Assembly: GCA_036566145.1 (NCBI GenBank)
Contig: DATCWW010000204.1
Location: 1-33,412, forward strand
Direction of reading: 5' to 3'
DNA length: 33,412 nt
Origin: Gemmatimonadales bacterium
GTDB lineage: Bacteria; Gemmatimonadota; Gemmatimonadetes; Gemmatimonadales; GWC2-71-9
The position numbers were made by a program, and so were the translations under genes. The notes under the pieces are model-generated. The model had not been told where the DNA came from. It searched no databases and was given only the letters and a program-made list of their open reading frames with translations. Of the stretch, positions 7,989-17,438 are shown one piece after another (position 1 is the stretch's first letter; each line of letters begins with the position of its first letter).

Positions 7989-8744
7989 TCAGCGGTCTTC
8001 CGACCCCCGACTGCTCAGGTATGACTGGAACAGGTCGAGCCGCTTGCTCGCGACCAGTGCCCGCTTGGATGCCAGCTCCCGGTCCAGCGCCGCCGCCTGC
8101 TTCTGCGCCACCAGTGTCTCCCGACCCAGCTCCCGCAGGGTCTCCGCCGCGCCGGTATTGGAAGCGGCGTTGTCCCCACTCTCCTTGCGCTTGCGGACGA
8201 AGAGGCCCTCCATCTCGAGCGCGTGCTGCCGGGCGACGGCCGCGTCGCGCGCTTTGTTGGCGGCATCCCGCTCCAGGTCGGCCAGGGTGACCAGGTTCTC
8301 GGCGATCACCTTTCGCCGGGTCACCGCCTTGCGCTGGGTATCGAGGCTGTCCCGCTCGGCCTTGGACAGGGTGGCACCCGGCTTCTTCCGCTCGGCCTCC
8401 AGCTCCGCGATCCGGCGCTCGGCGGCCTGCACCAGCTGCGCGGCCTGGTTCCGGTGCCGGGTCGCCGCGGCGATCTCCGTGTCGGCCTGATTGAGGGCCA
8501 GATCGGCCGCCTGGATGTCGCGGCTGACCTCCTCATCGGACCGTCCCGGCTGGAGGATCGCGCGGGCGGCGGCGATCACATTCGCGCCCGAGGCCGTGCG
8601 GGCCGGCGCGGCGGGGCCGCCGCTCGGCCCGGTGGGAGCGTAGCCCCGGGTCGTGCTGTCGTCGCCCTGGCCCTGGAGTGCGACCGGGAACAGGAAAGCG
8701 AAGGGGGCGAGGGCACAGACCAGCCGGAGCGCGGGAGCGGACAT
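7989..8744 (-). CDS. secreted alpha-helical coiled-coil protein, function unknown
   Basis: The track ORF 7989..9683 is trimmed to the ATG at 8744, which has GGAGGAGG upstream (8752-8758). Signal peptide is MSAPALRLVCALAPFAFLFPVALQGQ. The rest is heptad-like and rich in A/E/R/K/Q. The 5-prime part of the track ORF is antisense to the DUF937 gene. Confidence 0.65.
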   Translation of the reverse strand: MSAPALRLVCALAPFAFLFPVALQGQGDDSTTRGYAPTGPSGGPAAPARTASGANVIAAARAILQPGRSDEEVSRDIQAADLALNQADTEIAAATRHRNQAAQLVQAAERRIAELEAERKKPGATLSKAERDSLDTQRKAVTRRKVIAENLVTLADLERDAANKARDAAVARQHALEMEGLFVRKRKESGDNAASNTGAAETLRELGRETLVAQKQAAALDRELASKRALVASKRLDLFQSYLSSRGSEDR

Positions 8745-8820
8745 GGGTGACCTCCTCCAGAGGAGAGGCGGGACGGATTCCGGGCTCCCCCCACGTTCCC
8801 ACACTCGAGCGGGGGGTGAC

Positions 8821-8839
8821 AGTGGACCTTGGTTGAGGA
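8821..8839 (-). promoter_or_regulatory. ACCAAGGTC-box copy S5 (reads TCCTCAACCAAGGTCCACT on minus strand)
   Basis: Lies 76 nt upstream of the minus-strand coiled-coil gene start at 8744 and contains the exact core. Confidence 0.55.
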
Positions 8840-8840
8840 G

Positions 8841-8860
8841 ATGCACCGAAAGTTCAATGG
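8841..8860 (+). promoter_or_regulatory. variant box copy S5b (ATGCACCGAAAGTTCAATGG)
   Basis: Abuts S5 but faces the opposite way, toward the plus-strand DUF937 gene, 101 nt upstream of 8962. It has the same TGCACC...AGTTC...ATGG variant as S3a. Confidence 0.4.
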
Positions 8861-8961
8861 ACAGGGTGGGTGCCGGCGCCGAGAATGTAGCGGGGCCGCA
8901 CGGCTCCGTTTCCTCTGACGCATTCCGATCTGTTCCCCGCGGCGGACGTGGAGGTAATCCG

Positions 8962-9675
8962 ATGACCGGGAGTCTACTCGAGCGCCTGCATGGCCTCGTG
9001 ACGCCCGATCTCCTGTCGAGCGCGGCGCTCAAGCTCGACGAGCCGGAATCCCTGGTCGCCGCCGGGCTGAGGGCCGCGTTTCCGGCCCTCCTGGCCGGGC
9101 TGGACTCCAAGGCGCAGAGTCCCCGGTCGTTGCGAGCCCTGCACCAGCTGGTCGCCGAATCGGGCAGTGCCGCGGAGGTGCTCCGGCACCCCCGCCTCGC
9201 GATCGCGGCGACCCCCGACTCGCCCCTCGGCGCCGCGGCCGGGCGGCTGCTCAGCGGGCTCTTCGGCGCCCACCTTCCCACGGTGGCTGACCTGGTGGCC
9301 CGGTCCGCAGGGCTTCGCTCCCGCTCCGGTGAGGCGTTGCTGGAGCTGGCGGCGCCCCTGGTCCTGGGGCTCCTGGTGCACCGGGTTCGCCGCGACGACC
9401 TGGGGCCTGCCGGTCTCGCCGCCCTGCTGCTCGGCGAGCACGACCGAATCGCCCGGACCCTGCCGCCCGGACTGACCGCGGAAATCGAGTCGCCGGCCCC
9501 AACCGCACGCTGGGTTGCGCCGGCGATTGCCCTCGGCATGCTCCTGCTGGTCCTCTGGGGACTCTCCCGCGACCGGCGGCCGGCGGCGGTGGACCGGACG
9601 GTCGGCACGATCAACGCGATCATGGCGGGCACGAGCGCTCCGGCAGACACCAGTCTGGGCGCCGACGACCGCTGA
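8962..9675 (+). CDS. DUF937-like protein with C-terminal TM helix
   Basis: The ATG at 8962 has GGAGGT 8 nt upstream. The N-terminus MTGSLLERLHGLVTPDLLSSAALKLDEPESLVAAGL... resembles the DUF937 (YidB-like) helical repeat. The TM segment is WVAPAIALGMLLLVLWGL. Confidence 0.6.
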   Translation: MTGSLLERLHGLVTPDLLSSAALKLDEPESLVAAGLRAAFPALLAGLDSKAQSPRSLRALHQLVAESGSAAEVLRHPRLAIAATPDSPLGAAAGRLLSGLFGAHLPTVADLVARSAGLRSRSGEALLELAAPLVLGLLVHRVRRDDLGPAGLAALLLGEHDRIARTLPPGLTAEIESPAPTARWVAPAIALGMLLLVLWGLSRDRRPAAVDRTVGTINAIMAGTSAPADTSLGADDR

Positions 9676-9772
9676 GCAGGCATCCGCCGCCCCCGAACCT
9701 AGCCCTAGGTCGAGTGTCGCCCCGACGCCGGGCGTGCATCTTGGGGGTCAGCCCCTTTCCGCCGAGGATCCC

Positions 9773-10360
9773 ATGCTCCGCGCCGGTCGTGCCCTGCTCG
9801 TCGCTACCACCGTTCTGGCCACGCCGGTCCTGGCCCAAGGTCCCGGATCCAATTTCGGGGGACTCATCGGGGGCGCCAGCCTGAGCGACCTGGGTGGCTA
9901 TTTCGGCGGCAGCACCACCAGCCGCTGGGGCGGTACCGCCGGAGCGTTCGTCGGGCACAACGCCGGGCGGACCGCGCTGATGCTGGAGGGCTACTGGATT
10001 CAAAAGGGCGGCGGGGACATCAGTCTGGACTACATCGAGGTCCCGGTGACCTTCGGCGCCATCGCGGTCACCGGCGCCGGGGCCGCGCGCGGGCGGATCT
10101 ACACCGGCATCGGCATCGGCTTCAAGGTCTCCTGCAGCTCTGACGTGGCGGGAGTGGCCTGCGACGACGCCAACGGAACCGAATGGACCTGGCCGATCGG
10201 ATTCCAGATCGCCAGCGTGAAAGACAACGGCACCTTTTTCGGTCTCGACATCCGCTACTCGTTCGCGCTGAACGACGCCTTCGACGTCATCGATGCCTAT
10301 AACCGGCCCTGGCAGTTCCGGATAATGTTCGGCAAGCAGCTCGGAACCTCGGGGTACTGA
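9773..10360 (+). CDS. small outer-membrane beta-barrel protein
   Basis: Track ORF 9515..10360, trimmed to the ATG at 9773 (MLRAGRALLVATTVLATPVLAQ). The sequence is Gly/aromatic-rich with a beta pattern, followed by a hairpin at 10389-10413. Confidence 0.7.
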   Translation: MLRAGRALLVATTVLATPVLAQGPGSNFGGLIGGASLSDLGGYFGGSTTSRWGGTAGAFVGHNAGRTALMLEGYWIQKGGGDISLDYIEVPVTFGAIAVTGAGAARGRIYTGIGIGFKVSCSSDVAGVACDDANGTEWTWPIGFQIASVKDNGTFFGLDIRYSFALNDAFDVIDAYNRPWQFRIMFGKQLGTSGY

Positions 10361-10388
10361 GCACGCCGGCCCCACTCCAGACCACCAT

Positions 10389-10413
10389 GAAGCCCCGGCA
10401 CCGCCGGGGCTTC
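10389..10413. terminator. GC-rich hairpin between convergent transcription units
   Basis: The arms gaagccccgg and ccggggcttc form a perfect 10-bp stem with a 5-nt loop (caccg). It lies 29 nt after the stop at 10360 and immediately after a possible small minus-strand ORF. Confidence 0.5.
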
Positions 10414-10559
10414 AACGCCGCCGTCCCCCACCTCCTCTGAAGCCGCCCCGCGAGAAGCCGCCGCCAGTGCGGCTGTAGCCGTCCGCCCGGCCCCCGCCGT
10501 CGGAGGGCGCGCGGGCCTCGCGATCCATGCTCCCCAGATATGCCGGAATCCCACCGGGA

Positions 10560-11054
10560 TCATTGCGCGGTGGTATCTCCGGCCATCGGCATCTGGGCGT
10601 GCAGGTTGGCCTGGATCACCGCATCCAGCACGTTGTCGATCTGGTAGAGCCGCGCGACCTTGACGCCTGGGATCACCTTCTGGTATTTGCCCACGTACTT
10701 CTTCTGCAGGGAGAGCTGCTTCTCGCGGAGCTTGAAGCTCTGACTGAGCAGCTCTTTGGCCTGCTCATCGGTCAGGGTCGCGGAGCTCTTCAGGTAGGTC
10801 TCGATCAGGACGACGCGCTGGTCGCCGAGCTTGGCGGACTCTTCCTGGTAGCTCCGGTAGATCGGCCAGAACGCCTGGCTCTGCTGCTCGGTCAGGTCCA
10901 GCAGCCGGCGGATGATGTCCTGGCGATTGGCTCGAACCTCCTGCCGGGTCAGCTCGATTTCATCGTGAACGTTTCCCGTGCCCTGCGCTAGGCAAGGGAC
11001 GGCGGCCAGGCCCACCAGCAACGCGGTGAGGCCGATCGTCGAACGACGCACCAT
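10560..11054 (-). CDS. periplasmic LTXXQ-motif protein (CpxP/Spy family-like)
   Basis: Signal peptide is MVRRSTIGLTALLVGLAAVPCLAQ. There are two LTXXQ motifs (LDLTEQQSQAF, ATLTDEQAKEL) in an all-helical sequence. The ATG at 11054 has GGGAG 5 nt upstream; the track start is the GTG at 11060. Confidence 0.7.
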   Translation of the reverse strand: MVRRSTIGLTALLVGLAAVPCLAQGTGNVHDEIELTRQEVRANRQDIIRRLLDLTEQQSQAFWPIYRSYQEESAKLGDQRVVLIETYLKSSATLTDEQAKELLSQSFKLREKQLSLQKKYVGKYQKVIPGVKVARLYQIDNVLDAVIQANLHAQMPMAGDTTAQ

Positions 11055-11104
11055 GGTCACTCCCTGTAGGGGAGCCTCATGGTACGGTATCGGGTAGGGA
11101 GCGC

Positions 11105-11124
11105 CTATTGGACCTTCGTGCAGG
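11105..11124 (-). promoter_or_regulatory. ACCAAGGTC-box copy S6 (reads CCTGCACGAAGGTCCAATAG on minus strand)
   Basis: Lies 50 nt upstream of the LTXXQ gene start and overlaps the last codons and stop of the receiver gene. It has one core mismatch (ACGAAGGTC). Confidence 0.55.
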
Positions 11125-11494
11125 CCCGCGCGATGGCCCCCAGCAGGTGGTCGTCATCGAACGGTTTGCGGAGACACTCGCCGTCGGTCCGGAGGCTCAT
11201 CGCGGCGACCTTGACGTCGTCGTGGGCGGTGACGAAGACGGTCGGCGGCGCCTGACCCACGGCCGTCAGGAGGCTGTGGAGGTCGTATCCGTTCATCCCG
11301 CCGAGGTAGACGTCGAGCACCAGGCAGTCCACTTCGCTGGGGGCGGCGCCCAGGAACTCTTCGGCGGAGGCGTAGGTCCGGACCTGATGCCCGGTGACCC
11401 GAAGGAGACGGCCGAGCGCCCGGCGCACGGCATCGTCATCGTCCACCACGGCAACCCTGCAGGGGGTTGCCGCGACGCGGTCAGGGTGACCCAT
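11105..11494 (-). CDS. single-domain response regulator (CheY-like receiver only)
   Basis: Receiver motifs are VAVVDDDD, the phospho-acceptor context [20 protein letters not shown] and LRKPF. There is no output domain. The ATG at 11494 overlaps the upstream regulator gene by 14 nt; an alternative ATG is at 11515. Confidence 0.8.
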   Translation of the reverse strand: MGHPDRVAATPCRVAVVDDDDAVRRALGRLLRVTGHQVRTYASAEEFLGAAPSEVDCLVLDVYLGGMNGYDLHSLLTAVGQAPPTVFVTAHDDVKVAAMSLRTDGECLRKPFDDDHLLGAIARACTKVQ

Positions 11495-12212
11495 CCGCGG
11501 GGCGGTTGGGATCATGCCGCCAGGTGTGGTTGCCCAACCGCTCGGCCAGATGGACCAGCTCGGCCAGGGAGCCCGCGTCCATCTTCTGCATGACCCGGCC
11601 CCGATGCACCTTGACCGTCTGTTCCGTGGTGCCGAGCTGGGCCGCGATCTGCTTGTTCAGCATCCCCTGCACGACCAGACCGAAGACCTCGCGCTCCCGC
11701 GGCGTCAGCCGCTCGAAGCGCGCCGCGACGTCCTGGTACTCGCCCACCCTGCGGCGGATGCTGGCATCCCGGCTCAGGGCCCGCTCCACGGCCCCGAGCA
11801 GCTCCTCGTCGTCCACCGGCTTGGTGAGGAAATCCACCGCGCCGTGCTTCATCGCCTTGACGCCGGTGGCGATGTCGCCGTACCCCGTGATGAAGATGAT
11901 TGGAATGCGCTGGCCCGACCTGCGCAGCAGGGCGAACAGATTCATCCCGTCCACTTCTGGGAGGCGAAGATCGCTGATCAGGCAGCCGGGCAGACGACCC
12001 CGTTCGGAATGCAGGAACTCTCGGGGGGAGCCGAGCAGCTCGACCTGGTATCCGGCCGCTCGCAGCAGGCGCCCGATGGCCCGGCGGGCCTGCGCGTCGT
12101 CGTCCAGCACGAATACCACTGGCCCGCCGTCCTGCGCGGCATCGGGCTCTGCCACCGCTACCCTGGGCGCCTCCGTAAGCTCTTTCGGGGCGGTCGTCTG
12201 CGGCTGGTGCAT
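11481..12212 (-). CDS. FixJ/NarL (LuxR-type HTH) family response regulator
   Basis: Track ORF 11481..12743, trimmed to the ATG at 12212. Receiver motifs are [28 protein letters not shown] and FLTKP. The LuxR-type HTH is [43 protein letters not shown]. Confidence 0.85.
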   Translation of the reverse strand: MHQPQTTAPKELTEAPRVAVAEPDAAQDGGPVVFVLDDDAQARRAIGRLLRAAGYQVELLGSPREFLHSERGRLPGCLISDLRLPEVDGMNLFALLRRSGQRIPIIFITGYGDIATGVKAMKHGAVDFLTKPVDDEELLGAVERALSRDASIRRRVGEYQDVAARFERLTPREREVFGLVVQGMLNKQIAAQLGTTEQTVKVHRGRVMQKMDAGSLAELVHLAERLGNHTWRHDPNRPADGSP

Positions 12213-12297
12213 GGTATCGGGCGGCTCGAGCGGCTTGGCGCGCAGAAGAGGTACCGGTGAGAGGAGCTGAGTAATCCCGCCCAGACAGTTCAAAGTG

Positions 12298-12326
12298 AAT
12301 ATTTCGCTTGGACTTGCAGAGGTCAA
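12298..12326 (-). promoter_or_regulatory. sigma70-like promoter for the response-regulator operon
   Basis: On the minus strand it reads TTGACC (12326-12321), a 17-nt spacer, then AATATT (12303-12298). This lies about 85 nt upstream of the ATG at 12212. Confidence 0.5.
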
Positions 12327-12344
12327 GGAGGCCAGGGGTACGGG

Positions 12345-12362
12345 ATCGGACCAAGGTCCAGT
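12345..12362 (+). promoter_or_regulatory. ACCAAGGTC-box copy S7 (ATCGGACCAAGGTCCAGT)
   Basis: Contains the perfect inverted repeat GGACC-AA-GGTCC and lies 36 nt upstream of the tamB-like ATG at 12399. Confidence 0.6.
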
Positions 12363-12398
12363 TTCCGTTCCGGGCGTCCGAACGGTACTCTGAGGCGG

Positions 12399-15300
12399 AT
12401 GCCTCGCCGCTTCGCGCGCCTCGCTCTCGCCTTGTTCACGGCAACGACGCTGGTCGCCGCCGGGGGCCTCACGGTCCTGGCCCTGGGCGGGGGAGACTGG
12501 GCCGTCAATCTGGTCCTTCGGAAGATCAACCCCTGGCCCGGCGCCTCCCTGCGTGCCGGCGACGTCATGGGCAACCTCCTCACCGCTCCCCGGCTCCAGC
12601 GTCTCAGCCTCACCCGGGCCGACGGCGAAGTCATCCTGCGAGCGGACAGCGCCGCCGTCCGATACGATCTCCGTCGCCTCCTCGGGGGTGACATCACGCT
12701 CGCCGAGATCCGCGTGTACGGCGCGGATCTGGTCCTGCGGCAACGGGACGACGGGCGCTGGGACCTTCCGGCCAGGCGCACCCGGCCGCCGGGATCCCCG
12801 CCCAAGCAGCCCGACGTCATTCGCCTCGAGCGCGTGCAGATCGTGGACGCGAGCGCGCGGCTCCGGCTCTTGATCGGGGGGAAGCCTCGGCTGCTGGCCG
12901 CGGACTCGATCGGCGCCGACGCGACCGGGATCCGCATCGATCCGGAGGTCACGATCGAGCAGGCTGTGGTCGGGTTCCGGGTGCGCTCTGGCGACCTCGC
13001 GCGCAGGCCGGTGACCGTCCAGGCTCAGGGATTTCTCCGACCGGCCGCGGTGACGGTACGGCGCCTCACCCTCGACTCTGACTCCAGCGCCGTCACCGCC
13101 AGCGGCATCGTACCGCTCGCCCGACGGGACGGGCGTGGGCCCGACCTGCGGCTGAGCCAGCTTGACCTCAGCGCTCGGCCGCTCGCGCTACGCGACCTTG
13201 GCGGCTTGCTCCCCATGCTCGACCGACCCGGCACCGCGAAGATCGAGGCCCACGCCCGCGGCGGGGACGACGGGGCGGCTGTCCGGCTCGACGCCGAGCT
13301 GTCCGATGGGGGCCGGGCGGCAGCCGAAGGGGTGGTGACGTTGTTTGGACAACGGCCCCTGCTCTACCGCGGACGGGCCACTGTCCGGGCCGTTGATCCC
13401 GGATTTCTCGGGCTCACACCTTCGCGTGGGGACCGGATCACCGGTGACGCGACGCTCGACCTTCGTGGTCCCGGGCTCGATCGGCTCGACGGTGAGGCCC
13501 GCGTTGACTTCACCGACTCGCGCTTCGGCCCCATCGCCATGACCCGAACCCGGGCACGCGGGACATTCTCCGCCGGACAGGCTCGGATCGCGCTGAGCGG
13601 CCGGTCCCCGCGAATGCAGCTCACGATCGCCGGAGACGTGCGCCCGTTCGACAGTCTGCCAACTTATGGCCTCGAGGCTCGGGTACGTCCGGGAGCCGCG
13701 GCTCCGGGCTGGGCGCGCCGACTCCTCGGCACCGGGTCGGCGGCCATCATCCAGGCCGACGGCGTCGGTGTGAGCCCACGGCGGGCGAACGCCGTGCTCG
13801 CCGCCAGGGTCGCTCCTCGTGCCGATGGAGACGGCGCGCTCGACTCGGGCTCGGTGCGGGTGCGCCTCCGCGGCGGCATCGCCAGGGCCGACGGCCGCCT
13901 TGGCGTATCGGGTGGTACCCTGACGCTCGATGGCGATGCCGTGCTCGATTCAGTGCCCCGCTACAGGCTCTCGGCCCAGCTCAATCGGGGAGATAGTCTC
14001 GAGGCCCGGCTGAGCCTCACCGGGAGCGGGACCGATCCGGATTCCGCCTCGGTGCAGGCGGCGATTTCGGGATCGGCCGCGTATGGAGCGCATCGCCTCT
14101 CCGGCGGTGGGCTGCGGCTCGCGCTCGACCGCGGGCTCGTTCGCGTGTCCGGCGGCGCCACGGTGGACGGCGCGGAGCTCGAGCTCAAAGGCAGCGCGAA
14201 GCCGTTCGGTTCCGAGCCGGCGGTGAATCTGGATCACATCCGGTTCGACGGTCTCGACCTGGGCCGCCTCGCGTCTTCCTCCGCCCCGCGGAGCGACCTC
14301 GCCGGTACAGGACGGCTTCGGGCGTCCCGTGCGGGTGGGCATTGGAACGGCTCGGCCGCCCTGGGGATCGCCGGGCGAATCGGCCGGGCCACCGTGGACA
14401 CGGCCAACCTGGTCGCCGTGATCCGGCGCGACGAGCTCACCGTCGATCTCGACGGCACCAGCCCCGCGGGACGGGTCACGGTGAGCGCTCTGGCACGCCC
14501 GTTCGACACGCCCAGGCGGTACGCGCTCCACAACGCCCGGTTCGACGCGCTTGATCTGGGACGGCTGCTGGGCTCATCGTCGCTCGAGACCAGCCTCACG
14601 GGCGGTCTCGAGGTCGAGGCCATGGCCCCGGAAGGCAGTCCCATGGCGCTCGACGCCACGGTCTCGCTGGACTCCTCCACGGTGAATCGCACCGTCATCC
14701 GGAACGGTGTGCTCCGAGCGAAGCTGGCGCAGGGCCGCTGGGACCTGCGCGGCCGGCTCCTGGGCGATGCCGATAGTCTGCGGCTCGAGGCCTCGCTGGA
14801 GCCCCAGCCGGACCAGCCCCACGTGCGGCTGACCGCCGAGGCCGGCGCCGGCGACCTCGGGACCCTGCTCCGACGGCCGGGGCTCCGGGCGCAAGGCCGG
14901 ACCCGGGTGGATTTCAGCGGGAGTTGGGGATCGCTCGAGACGATGCGCCTCGGCGGCACCATCGCCGCCGCCGGCGAGGCCAACGGCGTCGCGGTCGATT
15001 CACTCCAGGCGACGGTGCGGCTGGACGGGGGCGCACTCCTGATCGACACGTTGCGGGCGCGATCGAGCGTGGGAACGGCGGCGGCGCGCGGCAGGGTCGG
15101 GCTCGTCGGTGCGGCGATCGGCGGGCCGCTGGAGGGAACCCTCGAGGCCCGCATCGACGATCTCGCTCCGCTTGGACCGCTGCTCGGCGTGGAACCGCTC
15201 GGCATCGATTCGGGTCGCGTCGCGTTGGCGGTCGAGGGAACCCGGACTCGTCCGGCCGTGCGCGCCGAGGTCCAGGCCGCGGAGCTGACCCACGGGAGCT

Positions 15301-17438
15301 ATCGGATCCGGACGTTGTCGGCCACCGTCGCAGCTTCGCTGGATTCCGGCTACGCGCTGGCCCAGGGGACGGGACGGGTGCAGCTCGAAGGACTCAGCAG
15401 CGGCAAGCAGGGCGTGAGCCGGATGCAGCTCGAAGGAAGCTACTCCGACGGGCGAGGCGCCCTCATGGGCGAGGCCGACCTCGACGCGCACCGCCACGCG
15501 CGAGTGGCGGCCCGGCTGACTCGCGATGGTCACCGAGGCCGGGTCTCGCTCGACACCCTCGAGCTCACCGCGCAGGAGGATCGGTGGTCGCTGGCCCACC
15601 CGGTGGCCGTCGCCTACGAGGGGAGCTCGCGCCTGCACGTGAACGATTTCGTGTTCGCTTCGGAAAAGAGCCGCATCACGGCGAACGGGACGGTCGATCG
15701 CGGGGGCGAGCAGCGAATGCGTGTAGCGCTCGACACCGTGCCACTCGGCTGGATGACGGAGCTGCTGGGGTTGCCGGAGCTCGAAGGCGAGGCGACCGGC
15801 GGGCTGGAGCTGACCGGGCCCGCCGCGGCTCCCCGCCTGGCCGGGACTGTCGGGCTGGACCTTCGAGCCCGCCGAGAGCCCCTGGTCCGAGCCGCCGTCG
15901 GGGTGGACTGGCGGCCTGCCGACGGTCTGGGTGTCGAGCTGGGCCTCCACCAGCCCCGGGGCGACAGCCTGCGGATCGTGGCCCGGGCTCCCCTCATCCT
16001 CTCGCTCGCCGCGGACGACTCCGCCGCGGCCTTGGTGCGTCGCTCGCCCACCGGGGAGGTGACCCTCGACGCCACCGCCACGGACTTCCACCTCGATCCG
16101 TTCGAGCGGATGATGGATCCGGCGACGGTCACCACGCTGCGCGGCCGGCTCCGGCTGGACGCTCACGCGCGCGGCAGCCTCTCGGCGCCCCACCTGAGCG
16201 GCACCCTCGGCCTCTCGGATCTGCGCCTGAAGCTGACCCGGCTCGGAGCGACGTACGAGCACGGCGCGGTGCTCGCCAGCCTGCAGGGCCGGGACATTCG
16301 GGTGGACACGGCCCGGATCGAATCCGGCAAAGGCACGGTGGACGTGGGGGGCCTGGCGCGGCTCACCGATTCTGGAGCCGTAGCGCTCGACCTCACGGGC
16401 CGGTTCACCGACTTTCGCGTGGCCGACGCGGAGAACCTCCGCTCCACCGTCTCGGGCAACCTCGCCCTCGGCGGTACCGCGTCCGTGCCTGTGGTCAGCG
16501 GCACGCTGGCGCTGCGCAACACCGACTTCTATCTCCAGGTCACCAACCGAGAGCATGGTGGGGAAGAGGTCGAGCTCACTCCGGAGGACCTGCGCACCCT
16601 GGAGCGCAGATTCGGAGAAACCCCGCGGGCAACGCGGCGACTCGACGAGCATCCCCTGGCGCTGGACCTGGACGTGGACCTGGCCGGAAACGACTGGGTT
16701 CGCCGCCGCACCAGCCCCACCGTGGCCGTCGAGGTCGGGGGCAAGCTCCAGGTCCGCAAGCGGTCGCGTGAGCCGCTCCTGCTCTACGGCACGATCCGGC
16801 CTCTCGCCGGCCGAAGCTTCGTCGAGCTGCTCGGCCGGCGCTTCGACGTGACCGAGGGCGAGGTGGTCCTCGCCGGACCGCCCGAGCAGGCTCGGCTGCA
16901 GGTGCTGGCGGAATACCGGGCCGATTCCGGGAGTACGGCCGGCGGGGGCTCCCCGTCGGGTGTGATCATCACCACCCAGGTCGCGGTGGACAGCGGGCGC
17001 ATCTCGGTTGACCTCGGCTCGCGGCCGCGCATGAGCGACGACGACATCCGCTCCTACCTCGCCACCGGCCGGCCCGCTGGGACCGACCCCACCGGGACGG
17101 CCGACGAGAGCAGCGTCCTGGCTTCCACCACGTCGCTTGCCGTGGGCGCCGCGCTGGGGACGGTGGCCGGCGGCGCCGGCCGGCGCCTCGGCTTCGACGT
17201 CGTCCAGATCCTTCAGGACCGTCAGGGAAGCCAGACCCTGGTGGCCGGCAAGTACGTCTCACCGCCGCTCTACCTCGGCTTCCGCCAGCCCATCGTCGCC
17301 CGGGAGGAGCCGGGCCAGACCCAGACCGCCCGAACGACCATGGAATGGGAGGTGGAGTACGACGCCCTGCGCCGCGCGCTCCTCAACGTCCAGGCCTCGG
17401 GCGACGAGTTTCGCGTCTTCCTCCGGCTCCGGCGGTGA
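12399..17438 (+). CDS. tamB: translocation and assembly module protein TamB-like (AsmA-family, C-terminal DUF490)
   Basis: A 1679-aa ORF with an N-terminal signal-anchor ([26 protein letters not shown]). The body is long and repetitive with beta-helix-like character. The C-terminus [19 protein letters not shown]...EWEVEY...FRVFLRLRR is typical of DUF490. Confidence 0.85.
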   Translation: MPRRFARLALALFTATTLVAAGGLTVLALGGGDWAVNLVLRKINPWPGASLRAGDVMGNLLTAPRLQRLSLTRADGEVILRADSAAVRYDLRRLLGGDITLAEIRVYGADLVLRQRDDGRWDLPARRTRPPGSPPKQPDVIRLERVQIVDASARLRLLIGGKPRLLAADSIGADATGIRIDPEVTIEQAVVGFRVRSGDLARRPVTVQAQGFLRPAAVTVRRLTLDSDSSAVTASGIVPLARRDGRGPDLRLSQLDLSARPLALRDLGGLLPMLDRPGTAKIEAHARGGDDGAAVRLDAELSDGGRAAAEGVVTLFGQRPLLYRGRATVRAVDPGFLGLTPSRGDRITGDATLDLRGPGLDRLDGEARVDFTDSRFGPIAMTRTRARGTFSAGQARIALSGRSPRMQLTIAGDVRPFDSLPTYGLEARVRPGAAAPGWARRLLGTGSAAIIQADGVGVSPRRANAVLAARVAPRADGDGALDSGSVRVRLRGGIARADGRLGVSGGTLTLDGDAVLDSVPRYRLSAQLNRGDSLEARLSLTGSGTDPDSASVQAAISGSAAYGAHRLSGGGLRLALDRGLVRVSGGATVDGAELELKGSAKPFGSEPAVNLDHIRFDGLDLGRLASSSAPRSDLAGTGRLRASRAGGHWNGSAALGIAGRIGRATVDTANLVAVIRRDELTVDLDGTSPAGRVTVSALARPFDTPRRYALHNARFDALDLGRLLGSSSLETSLTGGLEVEAMAPEGSPMALDATVSLDSSTVNRTVIRNGVLRAKLAQGRWDLRGRLLGDADSLRLEASLEPQPDQPHVRLTAEAGAGDLGTLLRRPGLRAQGRTRVDFSGSWGSLETMRLGGTIAAAGEANGVAVDSLQATVRLDGGALLIDTLRARSSVGTAAARGRVGLVGAAIGGPLEGTLEARIDDLAPLGPLLGVEPLGIDSGRVALAVEGTRTRPAVRAEVQAAELTHGSYRIRTLSATVAASLDSGYALAQGTGRVQLEGLSSGKQGVSRMQLEGSYSDGRGALMGEADLDAHRHARVAARLTRDGHRGRVSLDTLELTAQEDRWSLAHPVAVAYEGSSRLHVNDFVFASEKSRITANGTVDRGGEQRMRVALDTVPLGWMTELLGLPELEGEATGGLELTGPAAAPRLAGTVGLDLRARREPLVRAAVGVDWRPADGLGVELGLHQPRGDSLRIVARAPLILSLAADDSAAALVRRSPTGEVTLDATATDFHLDPFERMMDPATVTTLRGRLRLDAHARGSLSAPHLSGTLGLSDLRLKLTRLGATYEHGAVLASLQGRDIRVDTARIESGKGTVDVGGLARLTDSGAVALDLTGRFTDFRVADAENLRSTVSGNLALGGTASVPVVSGTLALRNTDFYLQVTNREHGGEEVELTPEDLRTLERRFGETPRATRRLDEHPLALDLDVDLAGNDWVRRRTSPTVAVEVGGKLQVRKRSREPLLLYGTIRPLAGRSFVELLGRRFDVTEGEVVLAGPPEQARLQVLAEYRADSGSTAGGGSPSGVIITTQVAVDSGRISVDLGSRPRMSDDDIRSYLATGRPAGTDPTGTADESSVLASTTSLAVGAALGTVAGGAGRRLGFDVVQILQDRQGSQTLVAGKYVSPPLYLGFRQPIVAREEPGQTQTARTTMEWEVEYDALRRALLNVQASGDEFRVFLRLRR

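Noticed and set aside
8745-9683. The 5-prime two-thirds of the 564-aa minus-strand ORF 7989..9683.
   Set aside because: The region is Arg/Ser/Pro/Ala-rich low-complexity sequence antisense to the plus-strand DUF937-like gene. The plus-strand gene has its own RBS and an ATG at 8962. A good RBS plus signal peptide marks the real minus-strand start at 8744.
9699-9717. A weak box-like sequence, CTAGCCCTAGGTCGAGTGT, upstream of the barrel gene at 9773.
   Set aside because: Only about 12 of 19 positions match and the TGCACC half is missing. I mention it as a possibility but do not call it a feature.
14924-16771. 615-aa (+) and 550-aa (-, 15000..16652) ORFs inside the tamB-like gene, and 14234..15205 (-).
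   Set aside because: They are out-of-frame or antisense to a continuous 1679-aa ORF with TamB hallmarks. They have the extreme Arg/Gly/Pro bias typical of wrong-frame translation of GC-rich DNA.
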